DNA of 64,000 nucleotides from Cyanophora paradoxa CCMP329 (taxonomy: Eukaryota; Plantae; Glaucophyta). Under the pieces are notes generated by a model, which did no database searches, was not told the DNA's origin, and was given only the letters and a program-made list of their open reading frames with translations. The DNA is taken from the NCBI GenBank assembly GCA_004431415.1, contig QPMI01000437.1, positions 1 to 64,000 on the forward strand, in the 5' to 3' direction. The translations under genes were made by a program, and so were the position numbers. Of the stretch, positions 25,919 through 37,197 are shown piece by piece; the stretch's first letter is position 1, and every line of letters begins with the position of its first letter.

Positions 25919-28900
25919 ATGGGCTGCGGCGCCAGCACTTGTTCTGGCGGTCTAGGGGAAGTCGCCCCTTCGACTTCGGATCGCCAAGGTAACTCGAGAT
26001 CTAGAGCTGCAGCCGGAGCTGGGACCGAGCAAGCGGCAGATCCTGCCGCCGAGAGCAGCAGCGACGCGAACGACAGCGCTCGCCCACTCTTCGTCGATGG
26101 CTCGGGCGCTGGCGCGGACTCGGAGCTTCGAATTCTGCGGCGCCCAATTGACCCCTTCGTTAGCACGTGTCAGCTGGAAGACTTGCTAGGGATCTCGCGG
26201 GTCGAATCGGTGCATACCGTGGCACAGCTCGCGGGCCTCCTGCGTTGGGAGCGCGAGCGGGCGGCCGCGGCCGCGAGCCAGGATCCGGAGAAGTCCAAGC
26301 TGAAGGATCTGCGGATGCTGCCTGCAGTGGAGGACCTGGCGCGCAGGGGGGACGCCGATGGAACGCTGATGGAGATCTGCCTTGCCGGTACATACGTATA
26401 TACGCTTAGAATTGGATTCGAATTCGAATCCGACTGAGCGTTCGCGCGGCGCGCGCGCAGTTTTGGAGGCCGTCTCGAACGAATCCAGCCTTTGCCAAGC
26501 GGCGGAGCTCGCGGACGTGGCCACGCTGGTTCACACGGGCGATCCTAAGTTGTGCCGCTCGGTGCCCGCGGCCGCCCGCCCCGCCCCGCCCCCGCTCCTT
26601 ACTTTGCCCGAGCTCACTCCGCCCGCGGCCGTCGCCTCAGCTGGTGAACGAGCTCATCGGGAAAGCGAAGAAGCAGGCCCTGACGGAGCGCGGGGCCCTC
26701 GCTGTGCTCGCGACCGCCGTCGGGCACCTGCCCCCCGGCACCCTCTCGGCCGCCGACTGGAACATCGTCCTCGACTTCTGTTCGAAGCAGGCGAGCGCGC
26801 CGTCGCGCGCGCGCGCGGGGGAAGCTCGAGGGGCTCACCTGATTGAGCCGCGCAGGTGGAGAGCCTGAGCGGCAAGGACCGGTCGATGTGGCCGGGCCCC
26901 GACAACGAGGACGCCCAGCTCGCCCTCGAGCTCACGGCTTCCGTCCTCGCCGCGTACGAGGCCGCCTCGGGCGCCGACGGCGCCGCCTCCCCCGGGGGGG
27001 GCGTTCCCTCCGCCCCTTCGGATCCGGGCCCCGCCACGGAGCCCGATGGCGAGGGCTCTGCTCCGGATGCGGGTGGCGGCGTCGCAGCGCCCGTACCCTC
27101 CGGTCGGCTCCGGGGATCCCCCTTCCAGCGGCGCCGCTCGCCTTCTGATCGTGATTCGATGGCACGCAGATCTAGAGGGGCGCATGCGGATGGGCAACGA
27201 GCGAGTCCAGAAGATGGGCAAGCAGCTCGAGGAGCTGGAGAGGCGCGCCAAGGAGGGGCAGTGGTGGCGGGCGGAGGCGTCGGCGATGCTCGCGGGTCAG
27301 GCGCTCGCGAGCGCCGGTGCGAGCGGCGCGCGCTTCGGCGACGCCGTCCGTCGGTGCAAGGCCGCCGGTTCGACCCCCGTCCGCCTGCGCTCCCCTGCCT
27401 GAGCTCGCGCCGGCCTCGCAGTGCGGATCGTGGGCAGGCTGTACAAGGCGGGCAAGATCATCGCGGAGGGGGTCTCCTCCATGGGCGCCACGACCGTCAT
27501 TGACCTCGTGATCTGGGCCAAGGCGAGCCGGGCCGGCGCCTGGGCCCCGGGCAGCGTGGGGCGCGAGCTGACCGCCGCCACCGCAGGAGGCCTTAACGGA
27601 CGAGAAAGGGGGGGTGCTGCAAAACCTGCGGGAGCTGTGGGACGACGTGCGCACCGTTGCGGGGAAAGGCCCCCAGGGGCAGGGCGCCTGGTTCGCCGCG
27701 GGTCCCGCCCGGTCGCGCAAGGACGGCGCTCACGGACGGGGGCGCAGGTACCCGCAGGCGCGGCTGCTGGGCTCGCTGGCGGCGGGCGGGCACCTCGCGG
27801 AGCTGGACGAGCTGCTGCGGGACAAGGACGGAGCGTGCCTCGACGCCTGCGCGTCCAGCCGCCCCCTCACCCTCACCCTCGTGAACGCCCTTGTCCGAGT
27901 GCGCGCGCGCCCCGGACCTCTGCGCCCGTGCTGCCGACCAGCGCGCGCCCGCTGACGGGATCGCTCGGTGGCAGGTGGCGGAGGGGCCGGACGGGGCTCA
28001 GGCCGCGGCGGCGGCGCGCTGGATCGACCGGCTGGCGCGGCGGGCGGCGGACCTGGGAAGAGAGGGCGAGGCGGCGGTGGCCATCAGGGCGCTTGAGCAC
28101 GTGGAGTTGCTGGAGGACGCGTGCGGCCGCCTCGTAGCGCCGGAGGGCACGGAATTGCTCCAGCGGCTGCGGGCCTACGCGGGAGGTCGGCTGCAGCCGA
28201 CGGTGGAGAAGGCCGTGGGCTGCCTCGCAGTCTTCGCGCGCGGCGCGCGGCGCGCCGCGGACGGGGGCATCGCGGTTGTGAAGGAGGCTGCCGACATCGC
28301 GACGGAGATGGGGGGAGAGGGGGCGGGCAGGTTCCTGGTGGAGGCGGCGTCTGCGGTGAAGCGCACAGTCGACGACCCGCGCGTGCAGCTGGCGCTGCGC
28401 GTCTCGGAGGCGCCCAAGCAGCTCCTCAGTCTGACGGCCGGCCCCGCAACGGCCGTGGCCGCGGGCCCCGGGCGCTCGGTCTCTCCTTCGCAGCCACCGC
28501 CTCCCGCGAGAAAGGTTCGGCGGATGCCGCTGCGCCCGATCCCGATCCAGGCAAGGGACGGCAAGATAAACGGGTACCTGGAGGGCGTGCTGAAGGCGTA
28601 CAAGAAGAAGGTGCGGCCCTGCCCGTGCCCGCCGCCCACGCCACAGCGGCCCTCCCAACGTCTGCGGGCGGCAGGTTGAGAAGGCGCTGCGGCCGGTGAA
28701 GCGGGTGCACGTCTACGGGCGGAATGAGGACGTGGAGCAGGTCATCCACATTCTAACTGACCTCGCCGACGACCTCTGGTGCGCCCCGCAGCCGCCGACA
28801 TCCCGCTGCTGCATGCGTACGCTGGCCGCGGCCGATTTCGACTTTGGAACCTTGGCGCAGCTCAAAGGAACCTTTCCGAAACATTCGCACCTGCGTGGAT

Positions 28901-31900
28901 CCGCTGTGCCCGAGCCGCGCAGTCGTGCTCGTCGCAAGTCGTGCGACGGCGCGGGAGGGCGCGTTTCTGAGGGCCCTCGACGAGGGTGCGCGCTGGGGGC
29001 TGGCGCCGGCCGTGGGCCGCGCTTCCTCATGCGGGTTCTTTGCCTCACGGCGCCGTCAGCGGTCGATGCGGGGCGGGTCGTCTTTCAGCTTTATCTGAAC
29101 AGGGCGGAGCTCGTGCTGCGCGAGATGCCCGTCGGCGTCGACATGCGCCTCAGCCGCTTCACCCAAGTGCGGCTTCCGCGCACTGAACTCCAAGTCGCTT
29201 TTCGAGCTGAGTCCATGTCCGCAGCGGCAGCTGGAAACGGCGGCGGTGTGGGATGAAGAGTTCGAACCCCTGCAGGACAGGAAGAGCCCCCTGGAAGCTT
29301 TCGTGAACGGCGTGCAGCACATGTGCAGCCACCCTCCTCTGACCGCTAGCGCTGCACCGGCTGCCGGGCGCCATCGGATCCAGACGAGATGGCATCGCGG
29401 CGCCATGGGCGCTCAGCTCGGGCCGCAGCCCGAGGTCGCCAGCTGGGTCCTTGCTGAGTTCCCACCGGCGGATTTGGACACTCGCGTCTACTTCTGCCAC
29501 GCACCTGAGGACGCGGCGGTCGTCCGAAAACAGGAGGCTTTTCTGGCAGAGGAGGCCTCGTCCTGCAGCAGTTGGTCCGCCTGCGATCGCGAACGCACAA
29601 CGCCCGAAACGCGTGGGCCATTGACACGGCTCCGCTCTGCAGGTCTGCTGCCGACCACTTGAAGAAGGGCGAGCGCTGGGTCGACGTTGGTGCGTAGCTG
29701 CTGCAGCTGCAGCGGAGCTTCGCTGTTGCTGACCGTCCGCTTTGCAGTGGCCCACGCCATTCGCAACTGCACCCACTTCATCCTTGTTGTGTCCTCCGCC
29801 TTCAACGGGTCGCAGGTTCATGTCCATGCCATCTCCTTTAGCTTGAATCCTTCTCGCGTTCAAATAAATACGATTATACAAACGGTAAAATACAAAGTAA
29901 AGCCAGATTAACAATCTTACAAGCGATAAACAATCTTACAATCTTACTAACGAATCCTCCTTGCGGTAAAATAATACAAACGATTTTCCTGGCAGCACTG
30001 CAGGGAGGAGCTCGCCTACGCCTGCAGCCGGGACTGCGCTCTGGTCGCGATGTACCCCAGGCCGCAGGAGAGCGCCGCCGATTGGGTCGAGCAGCGGCTG
30101 CGGCGCGTGCCGCCCAGCCGCGTGCAGAGTGTCAACGCCCCGCTGGACCGGATGTCCCTTGTCTGCGCTCTCAGGGCCGAGCCTCGAGCTTATGATCAGA
30201 TGCAAGCCGCTAGCGCTGGGGGGAGCTCAGCTGCGGTTGGACAGTGGATGGGCGGAAGGCGGCGCCCCCCACCGCCGGAGGTGTGTTGCAATCGCATGGC
30301 CTGCTGACTCTCGAGCCCTGTCAAGCGAGCCCAATGCGCAGGCGACTGCACTTTGTTGGTCAGAGGCGGATGTCGCCGCCTGGATTGGCTCTCAGGGGCC
30401 CCTCGCGCAGTGCGGCGCTGGCCAGATTAACTGCGCTGGCTCTGGTATCGATAATTCTCGAATGCGCAGATTCGCGGAGCGACTCTCATTTGTGAACGGG
30501 AGGGGTCTCCTTTCCATTACCGACTCGGCCCTGCATCAGCTCGGGATCGACAACGCTGCGGCGCGCCGGCTGCTGCTGTCGAAGGTAGCCAACCTCTCCG
30601 AATCCGCTCTGATGGTTGCAAGCAGCGATAAGGTGCCGCCGGCGGAGTAAATATCTTTTCGCGGTCGAATTCGAAGCTGATGCAACGGGCAGGATGAGGT
30701 TCTGTGCTGGACTGAAGAAGAGGTCGTCGCCTGGGTCCGCTCGAAAGGGCCTGTCGCGCAGTGCGTATTGCCCCGCCCATGTCCTTTCTAATTATAATAG
30801 AGACAAAATTGTGTGGCACGTGCAGATTCGCCGACTTGTTCTCGTTTGCGCGGGGCTCGCTGCTGCTTTCGCTCTCCGACGCGGACCTTGAGTGCATGGG
30901 GGTAGACAACTTCCTGGCTCGCCAGCGGCTCCTTCAGGAGATTGCCAAACTCGCCGCGCGGAAGCCAGCAGGAGAGAGCAGCATAGCCATCATTGCAGCT
31001 GTGCGTTTGTGCTCTTTCTTATATCTGTCTCATTACAGCAACATGCTGAGTGCTGCGCCTTCGATGCATATGTCAAGCTCGATGACAACAAAGCCAAGAT
31101 TGAGGACAACAGAGCATTGATCACAAAGGTGCATCTCTGCGCTTTAATTTAATAACTTGCTTGCTTGAGCGCTGCCCTCACGTGCACGTGTGCCACGCAT
31201 GCCCAGTTCGCAAAGGCGCTGTCTGCGGAGCTCTTTCAGGACCGAGACCTCGCGCTCTACGTCCCGCCCCTCGCCACGCCGGATCCGAAGCTACCGTCCG
31301 ATGTGCCCCCCCGGCCCGCGCCCCTGTCCCTGCGAAAACCCCTCGACCCGACTCGACCCCTCCCGAGCAGAAACACGTGGACCTTCACATGAAGGCCGTG
31401 GAGTTCATGTCGGCACTGCTGCGCGGACAGAGCGGCGATGCAAAGGCGAAGAAGAAGCGCGTGCTGCTGCTCCTCGGTGTGGCGGGCACGTCGAAGAGCA
31501 CCTTCCTTCGCTTCCTGCAGAGAGACGTCTGCGCGCGGTGGGTGGCGGCGGCGGAGGACCCCAGCTCGCCGCGGCCGCCTGTCGCGGTGCTGGTCTCGCT
31601 GCCGCAGCTCGCCGCTGCAGCAGGCGGCGTGAGCGAGGGGCTGCGGCAGCACGTTGCGTCCAAGCTTGGCGTCGCAGCGGATGCGTTGCCGGCTATCCGA
31701 GACGAGTGCGCCTCTGTCACCCGTCTCAGTCTTTTTCGCATCTCTTCCCCTAATCCTGTCGACGTCTTTAGATTCGGACTCGTGCTTCTCCTCGATGGGT
31801 ACGACGAGATGGGCGCTGCGGGCGGCGTGAACCTGTGGCAGGCGAATCGCGTGTCAGACTGGGCGGGCGGAGCAGTCCTCACGTGCCGGACAGAGTTCCT

Positions 31901-34106
31901 CGCCTCTTTTCCCATGGGGCAGCGGCCCGAGGTGCCTCGAGCTCCCGCTTCCTTCCTTTCATGCTGTCTGTGGCCCGGCCCTGAACTCTTTCCCGTAGGC
32001 TTCTTTCGCGCCCACAGGAGAGGACGACAAGCCGAGCGAGGCGGGGCTGATGCAGCTGCACACGGTGCCCTTCACGAAAGACCAGGTCTGTAGCGAGCAT
32101 ACCGAGAATCGCGAGATCGCCCACGGAACGTGCGCTCCGCTGTGCAGCGAGCGAAGTACCTCGGGCACTACGTGGACCAGCACGCGGGCGAGAGGAGCGG
32201 GTGGACCGTCGGGGAGTACGAGGCGGCCCTCGCGAGTACGCCAGGCCTGGCCACCTTTGCCGAGAACCCCTTTTCCCTCTCCATGCTCGCCCGCGTCCTC
32301 CCCACCAAGTGCGCTTCACATTCCCGCGTGCCGTCTGGATGCCGAGGCGTGCTGTGTGCAGGACGGCCTCCGGAGGCCGGCTCGGAATCAGAGACCTGTA
32401 CCGCTTGTTCCTGCGGGACTGGCTGCTGCGGGAGCTGCACCGAAGAGGAGAGGGTCTGCAGACTCTCGATTCGGGCATCTGCGCGCCTCAATTTGACGAT
32501 GCGGCCGCGGCAGACTGGGCATCCGAGGAGGACACGGACATGAGTATTTGTGAGGAGGCTTTCGTGGCTGAGGGGATGGAGTTCTGCAGCCGATTTGCCT
32601 GCCTTCTCTTCCGCGTGCGCTGGGCTCTAGCCTATTTCACCCGTCTTAGACAGCCTGTGATTGCTTACATTTCTGCTTGACCGTCGGACTGTGCAGAGGT
32701 CAGCTAGCCAGGCGACCGTCCCGGACCAACGGGTCCCGAGGCTTCAGAAGACAGGCGCTGGCGTAAACTCAAAGCCTGCAGCGGCTGCCCCGAGTCCGGA
32801 TGAACGCGCCCTCTCCGATCTGCTTGGGGACCGCAAGAAGCTCTTCGTTCGCAACAGCTGCCCCCTGCGGCGGTGGCGGCAGGGCGACAAGCTCGGCTTT
32901 GCGTTCACGCACAAGACGTTGCAGGAGTTCTTGTCCGCAGAGGCGCTGCTTGCTTCGTTGCTGCGGACAGCAGATGCGGCGGACCTCATTGGTATCGACT
33001 GGTCCATAAGGTGCGCACAAGCTTGCACAGCAGCAAGCGCGCGCCGCCTGTGCCCCACATTATTATTATTTACACTTGTCGACATGTTCGGCAGGAGCTT
33101 TGTCGAAGAGTCAACGCTTGTCCGGTTTCTGGCGGAAGCCGTCCAGCACGAGCCACAGGCGCCATCGCGCAGTGCGGACGCCCTCGTGCAAATCGTGCTG
33201 CGGAGCCGCGTCGCACCTGGGAAAGCAATATCATATGCGGATGGAGCCCCGGAGGTCATCGCGGCAGCGAATGCGGCGACTGTACTCGTTGCCAGTTCGT
33301 CAATTTTCCTTTGCTATCTTTGCCGTGATTCAAGTTGCCAATTGCAGGCCACACCTCGCTGTCTGGCCTCGACTTGCGGGGTGTGCGTATACCCAAAGCA
33401 AACTTGTGGCGGCTGGAGGCGGCAGGAGCAGATCTAAGAGAGGCGGATCTGCGGCACTGCGACATGCACGAGGCGTGTCTATCAGGGGCGAACCTGAGCG
33501 GAGCGCGCCTGGACAACTGCCGAGTTGTGCAGCAGCCAGCTCTGCTTCACAAGGACGTAGTTACGGCCGTTGCATGGACGCCGGTGAGCGGACCAGCAAT
33601 TCACCCTCAATTCACGAGGTGAAAGCACCGCAAACGTGGCTGCGGCGCGCAGGACGGAAAGCGGATCGTGTCAGGGAGCTGCGATAAGTTGGTTCGGGTG
33701 TGGGACGCGGAGTCCGGAGAGCTGCTGCTGCCGCTGGAAGGCCACGAGGGTCAGGTCACCTCCGTGGCCGTGTCAGCGGTGCGCAAAGAACGTGGCGGGT
33801 CTATAACTAATTTGGGGTGGCACAGTAAGCAATGGCCTAGGGGAGCTTGCAGACAGGAAGGGTAGCAGAAAGCCGCAATAGCCGAGGGATCCTAACGACG
33901 TCGACCCTGACAGGATTGAGAGGCATGTGAGTGCACGAGGCCACAGGGCGCTGACTTGGCTGCGAGGGCGTGCTGCACAGGACGGAAAGCGGATCGTGTC
34001 CGGCAGCAGCGATGAGACGGTGCGGGTGTGGGACGCAGAGTCCGGGGCGGAGCTGCTGCTGTTGGAGGGCCACACAGACGAGGTCACCTCGGTGGCCCTG
34101 TCAGCG
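25919..34106 (+). CDS. Host NLR-like STAND protein, 5' part: MGCGAS - helical region - TIR-like - TIR - SAM - SAM - NACHT - pentapeptide repeats - WD40
   Basis: TIR (RVYFCHAPED..LKKGERWVDVVAHAIRNCTHFILVVSSAFNGSQ/HCREELAYA); SAMs (WSEADVAAW..GRGLLSITDSALHQLGI; WTEEEVVAW..GSLLLSLSDADLECMGV); Walker A GVAGTSKS; Walker B LLLDGYDE; FTHKTLQEF; ADLREADL/ANLSGARL; WD exons 33653-33778 and 33981-34106. Confidence 0.85.
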
Positions 34107-34179
34107 GTGCGCAAAGAAGGGGGCGGGTTTGGGGCCGCGAACAGTTTACGTAGGGGCCGTGAAAATACGTAGGGGTCTC

Positions 34180-34185
34180 AACGAC
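34180..34185 (+). repeat. Left target-site duplication AACGAC
   Basis: Identical hexamer at 62715-62720 directly outside the right TIR. Confidence 0.95.
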
Positions 34186-34280
34186 ACACATATGTATAAA
34201 CTTATTTAAATCCCTCGTTCATCTCGATCGCTTCGCGATCTCGATTCACTCAGGATTTAAATAAGTTTATACATATGTGT
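34186..34280 (-). other. Left terminal 95-nt palindrome / hairpin
   Basis: Perfect 28-bp arms 34186-34213 and 34253-34280 enclosing an inner stem GATCGC-TTC-GCGATC. Confidence 0.92.
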
Positions 34281-34598
34281 CAAAATTAATACTAAAATAC
34301 GTATTTATCGATTAAATTCTTTAACTTTTTATGCAAACTTTGTATAAATTAATGCAAACTTTGTATTAAAAATGAAAAACGCGTTTAACTTTATGCATAT
34401 TTACGATTGAATCAATTGATCTTATATCGATTGATTATGTTCTTTGTCGATTACATACAAATCTGCGATTAATTTGCATTAAACTACTTAAAGATCGATA
34501 TAATCGCGATTAAATTGCATAAATTCGCAAAAACTCGATATATCTCTCTTGTATTGAAGTAGACCACCGCCCATTCTGTATCGAAAAACGCAAAAAGT

Positions 34599-34850
34599 GT
34601 CACAGAGTTGCATTGTGTCCAATTGAACAATCGATGAGATTGCTGATTTGCATTTTTGCACCCAAAAACTGTCACAGAGTTGCATTATCTCCAATTAAAC
34701 AATCGATTATATTGCGGGATTTTCTATTGGAATATATCGGAACTGCATCACGTCCAATTAAACAATCGATGGGATTGCGGATTTACATTTTTGCACCTAA
34801 AACTTGTCACAGAGTTGCATGGTCTCCAATTGAACAATCGATTAGATTGC
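34599..34850. repeat. Four imperfect 60-74-bp tandem units in the TIR (mirrored at ~62050-62301)
   Basis: Recurring core GCAT..TCCAATTRAACAATCGAT...ATTGC. Confidence 0.75.
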
Positions 34851-34963
34851 ATATGTTCTATAAAACAGAATAATTGAGATCAAGTGTGACAGGTAGTATT
34901 CAAATGATATTCAGTAAGAGATAGTTTTGTTTTTGAGAAAGTCAGTAAGAGGGGTGGAATGTC

Positions 34964-35400
34964 TGTGACGCCTGTGACGGCTGTGACGCCTGTTTTCAGA
35001 AGTCTGTCATTTTTGAAAATTTTAAAAAGTTTGAAAGTAGGTGTCACAGGCGTCACAGGCGTCACACTCAATTAAAATAGGTGTCACAGCGAAATTGCAG
35101 ACCATTTCCAGTAAGACAACTTCGCATTTTCGAAAAGGTGGATTAATGGATAGTGTTTTGTAGTTGTCAGAGGTGTCACAAGACGGATTTCAGTAAGACA
35201 AGAATATATTCTCTAAAATCTCAGTAAGAGAAAGAGATTCCATTTTTAATTGGGTGTGACGCCTGTGACGGCTGTGACACCTGTTTTCAGAAGTCTGTCA
35301 TTTTTGAAAATTTTAAAAAGTTTAAAAGTAGGCGTCACAGGCGTCACAGGCGTCACAGTCAATTAAAGAGGCGTCACAGTCAATTAAATAGGTGTCACAC
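34964..35400. repeat. Two iteron palindromes, (TGTGACGCC)3 - AT-rich spacer - (GGCGTCACA)3, in the left TIR
   Basis: Units at ~34964-35089 and ~35246-35400; same unit at 52703-52845 and in the right TIR. Confidence 0.85.
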
Positions 35401-35458
35401 CCGATTATCTGACCATTTTCAGTAAGACCATCTGAAATTCTGAATATCTCAGTGTCAA

Positions 35459-35860
35459 CTAACTCGGAAATCGCAATACTCTATGTTTCTCCGATTTCTC
35501 CAACCCTGAAAACACACCTGTTATTCTCTCATCTATCTCATGAGATACTCTCGTGGTTTTTCTCTCTGCTTCTAATCCACAACTGAATATATCAATCGCC
35601 AACATACCTTCATTTGAGTAACAATGAGCAGTGCAATGGCTCTCATCCAGCAGAAGAACCATTGCAAAACCAGGAGGAGAAATACCACCATCGAAAATCT
35701 CGCAATGCTTGTGAACTACTCGAATACCTTGCTCTTGAATAATAGTTTGCAAGAACTGCATTAACCACCTGGTTGTTGTCTCCAAGTTTTCCACTCCTAC
35801 TGCTAATTGGGTTCTGAATTTGTAATCCAGCATCACATGGAAGCCTCGATGAGTATTCAT
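35459..35860 (-). CDS. speD: S-adenosylmethionine decarboxylase proenzyme-like protein (prokaryotic short type)
   Basis: PPGFAMVLLLDESHCTAHCY..EGMLAIDIFSCG with the E-S autocleavage/pyruvoyl site. Confidence 0.88.
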   Translation of the reverse strand: MNTHRGFHVMLDYKFRTQLAVGVENLETTTRWLMQFLQTIIQEQGIRVVHKHCEIFDGGISPPGFAMVLLLDESHCTAHCYSNEGMLAIDIFSCGLEAERKTTRVSHEIDERITGVFSGLEKSEKHRVLRFPS

Positions 35861-35900
35861 TTATGAATAATTTAGAAAAATTAAAAACGCGATTGGTAGA

Positions 35901-36050
35901 ATGCGAACCATCTTAGCAAGAGTGCTACCTTATGAGTTGGTGGATATCATTCTGTTGCACTACCACAAGACCTGTCCAAACTGCTTTGACACATGCATAA
36001 TCACCAAGGGAAAATGGGGAAAGATTCTCATTTCTCTCTCAAAGATCTAA
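35901..36050 (+). CDS. 49-aa microprotein with F-box-like LPxEL..IL and CxxC motifs (absent from the ORF track)
   Basis: MRTILARVLPYELVDIILLHYHKTCPNCFDTC...; fills the intergenic gap exactly. Confidence 0.45.
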   Translation: MRTILARVLPYELVDIILLHYHKTCPNCFDTCIITKGKWGKILISLSKI

Positions 36051-36319
36051 TCGAAATATAATACTACTGGTTTATCATCTATCACAATTCCTGATGTAGT
36101 CTTTTTTCTATATGCATGAGAGGATTTCTTGTTGCACTCTCTGCATCCACTTCCCCTTACATGATTAAATGGGTAGGTTTGCAGGATCTTGTTGCATTTA
36201 AGGCATCTAACAGATACCTTCTCTTGTGCTTTTATATAGACTGTCTCACTATAATCGAATTTAGCATCACCATGAACCATCATTGCAGATTCTATGAATT
36301 GCTTTGTTTTATCATCCAT
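36047..36319 (-). CDS. DUF723-like zinc-ribbon protein
   Basis: FIESAMMVHGDAKFDYSETVY..KVSVRCLKC..NHVRGSGCREC. Confidence 0.7.
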   Translation of the reverse strand: MDDKTKQFIESAMMVHGDAKFDYSETVYIKAQEKVSVRCLKCNKILQTYPFNHVRGSGCRECNKKSSHAYRKKTTSGIVIDDKPVVLYFD

Positions 36320-36346
36320 CCCTCTCTCTATATATACCTGAGATTT

Positions 36347-37174
36347 CTATGGAGCAGTATCCTGCCCGAAAATGGGGAAGTAGCGATTTGTGCCGTAATA
36401 TTCTGCATATGTATTCTGTCTTGCAATAGCATCGGTTCTCTCAGCATAGAGAATGCATTTGTAGATACCAAATCTGGTGGCTCTCACCAAGAATTGGTAA
36501 TCTTCAAGACCGAAATTCACTCCATGATAAGCAATTCCGAAATTGTCATATGGGGTGATCACAACTGCAATATTTGGGGTTCCACCCTCCACTTGACAGA
36601 CAGCATAAACATCTGGTGGAATATCGACAACCACCTTGTAGTGGTCACCAATCTCAACAAGAGAATCAACTACTGATGTCTGCTCATTCACAACAATTGG
36701 GAAGATCTTGATAATATATGGTGCATTCATACTGGGGACATAGGTGCGAATTCTGGTGTTGGGATCAATGGGATTGGGTTGATCATTTACGAAAAGAGGC
36801 GCACCAACAGCTCCACCAATCCGAAGACCATCACCAATATATGCTCCCCCCGTTTTGCAGTTAATAGCTCCCGACCGAGATTCAAAAGAATAAGTAGAAA
36901 GAGGATCACCATAACTGTCTGGGTCTCCATAATGGGCAGAAAAGTTTGCATTTGTGACAAGTAGTTTCGTTGTCTTAACTATACCATTATTTTTATCACA
37001 TCTGAGTTCCTGCAATCTCAATTTATGGGTGGAACCAAAAGTATTCATGGTAGGTTGGACTTCTGTGGATTGGAGACCTTCTACATCATCAAAGGTAGCA
37101 TGCTGCAAAACGTGATTTGCAGGTGCTGCTAATGATAGTTGGGGTGTAATAATTCGCTCTACTGGGGCAGCCAT
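36347..37174 (-). CDS. Fibre/spike paralogue 4
   Basis: Shared N-terminal domain (..LRCDKNNGIVKTTKLLVTNAN) and GGAYIGDG shaft motif. Confidence 0.7.
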   Translation of the reverse strand: MAAPVERIITPQLSLAAPANHVLQHATFDDVEGLQSTEVQPTMNTFGSTHKLRLQELRCDKNNGIVKTTKLLVTNANFSAHYGDPDSYGDPLSTYSFESRSGAINCKTGGAYIGDGLRIGGAVGAPLFVNDQPNPIDPNTRIRTYVPSMNAPYIIKIFPIVVNEQTSVVDSLVEIGDHYKVVVDIPPDVYAVCQVEGGTPNIAVVITPYDNFGIAYHGVNFGLEDYQFLVRATRFGIYKCILYAERTDAIARQNTYAEYYGTNRYFPIFGQDTAP

Positions 37175-37197
37175 TTTACATTAAAGTGATATATAAT

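Larger units (their letters stand above)
34186..35554 (+). repeat. Left terminal inverted repeat (1369 bp)
   Basis: Reverse complement of 61345-62714; the only difference I found is T4 (35156-35159) vs A5 (61740-61744). Confidence 0.95.

Noticed and set aside
11200-29000. Many long overlapping Arg/Pro/Gly/Ala-rich ORFs
   Set aside because: Shadow frames of GC-rich spliced genes, caused by stop-codon scarcity
34484-35071. Short ORFs in the TIRs (e.g. VTPVTPVT) and their mirrors at 61829-62416
   Set aside because: They are translations of tandem repeats and iterons, mostly with non-ATG starts
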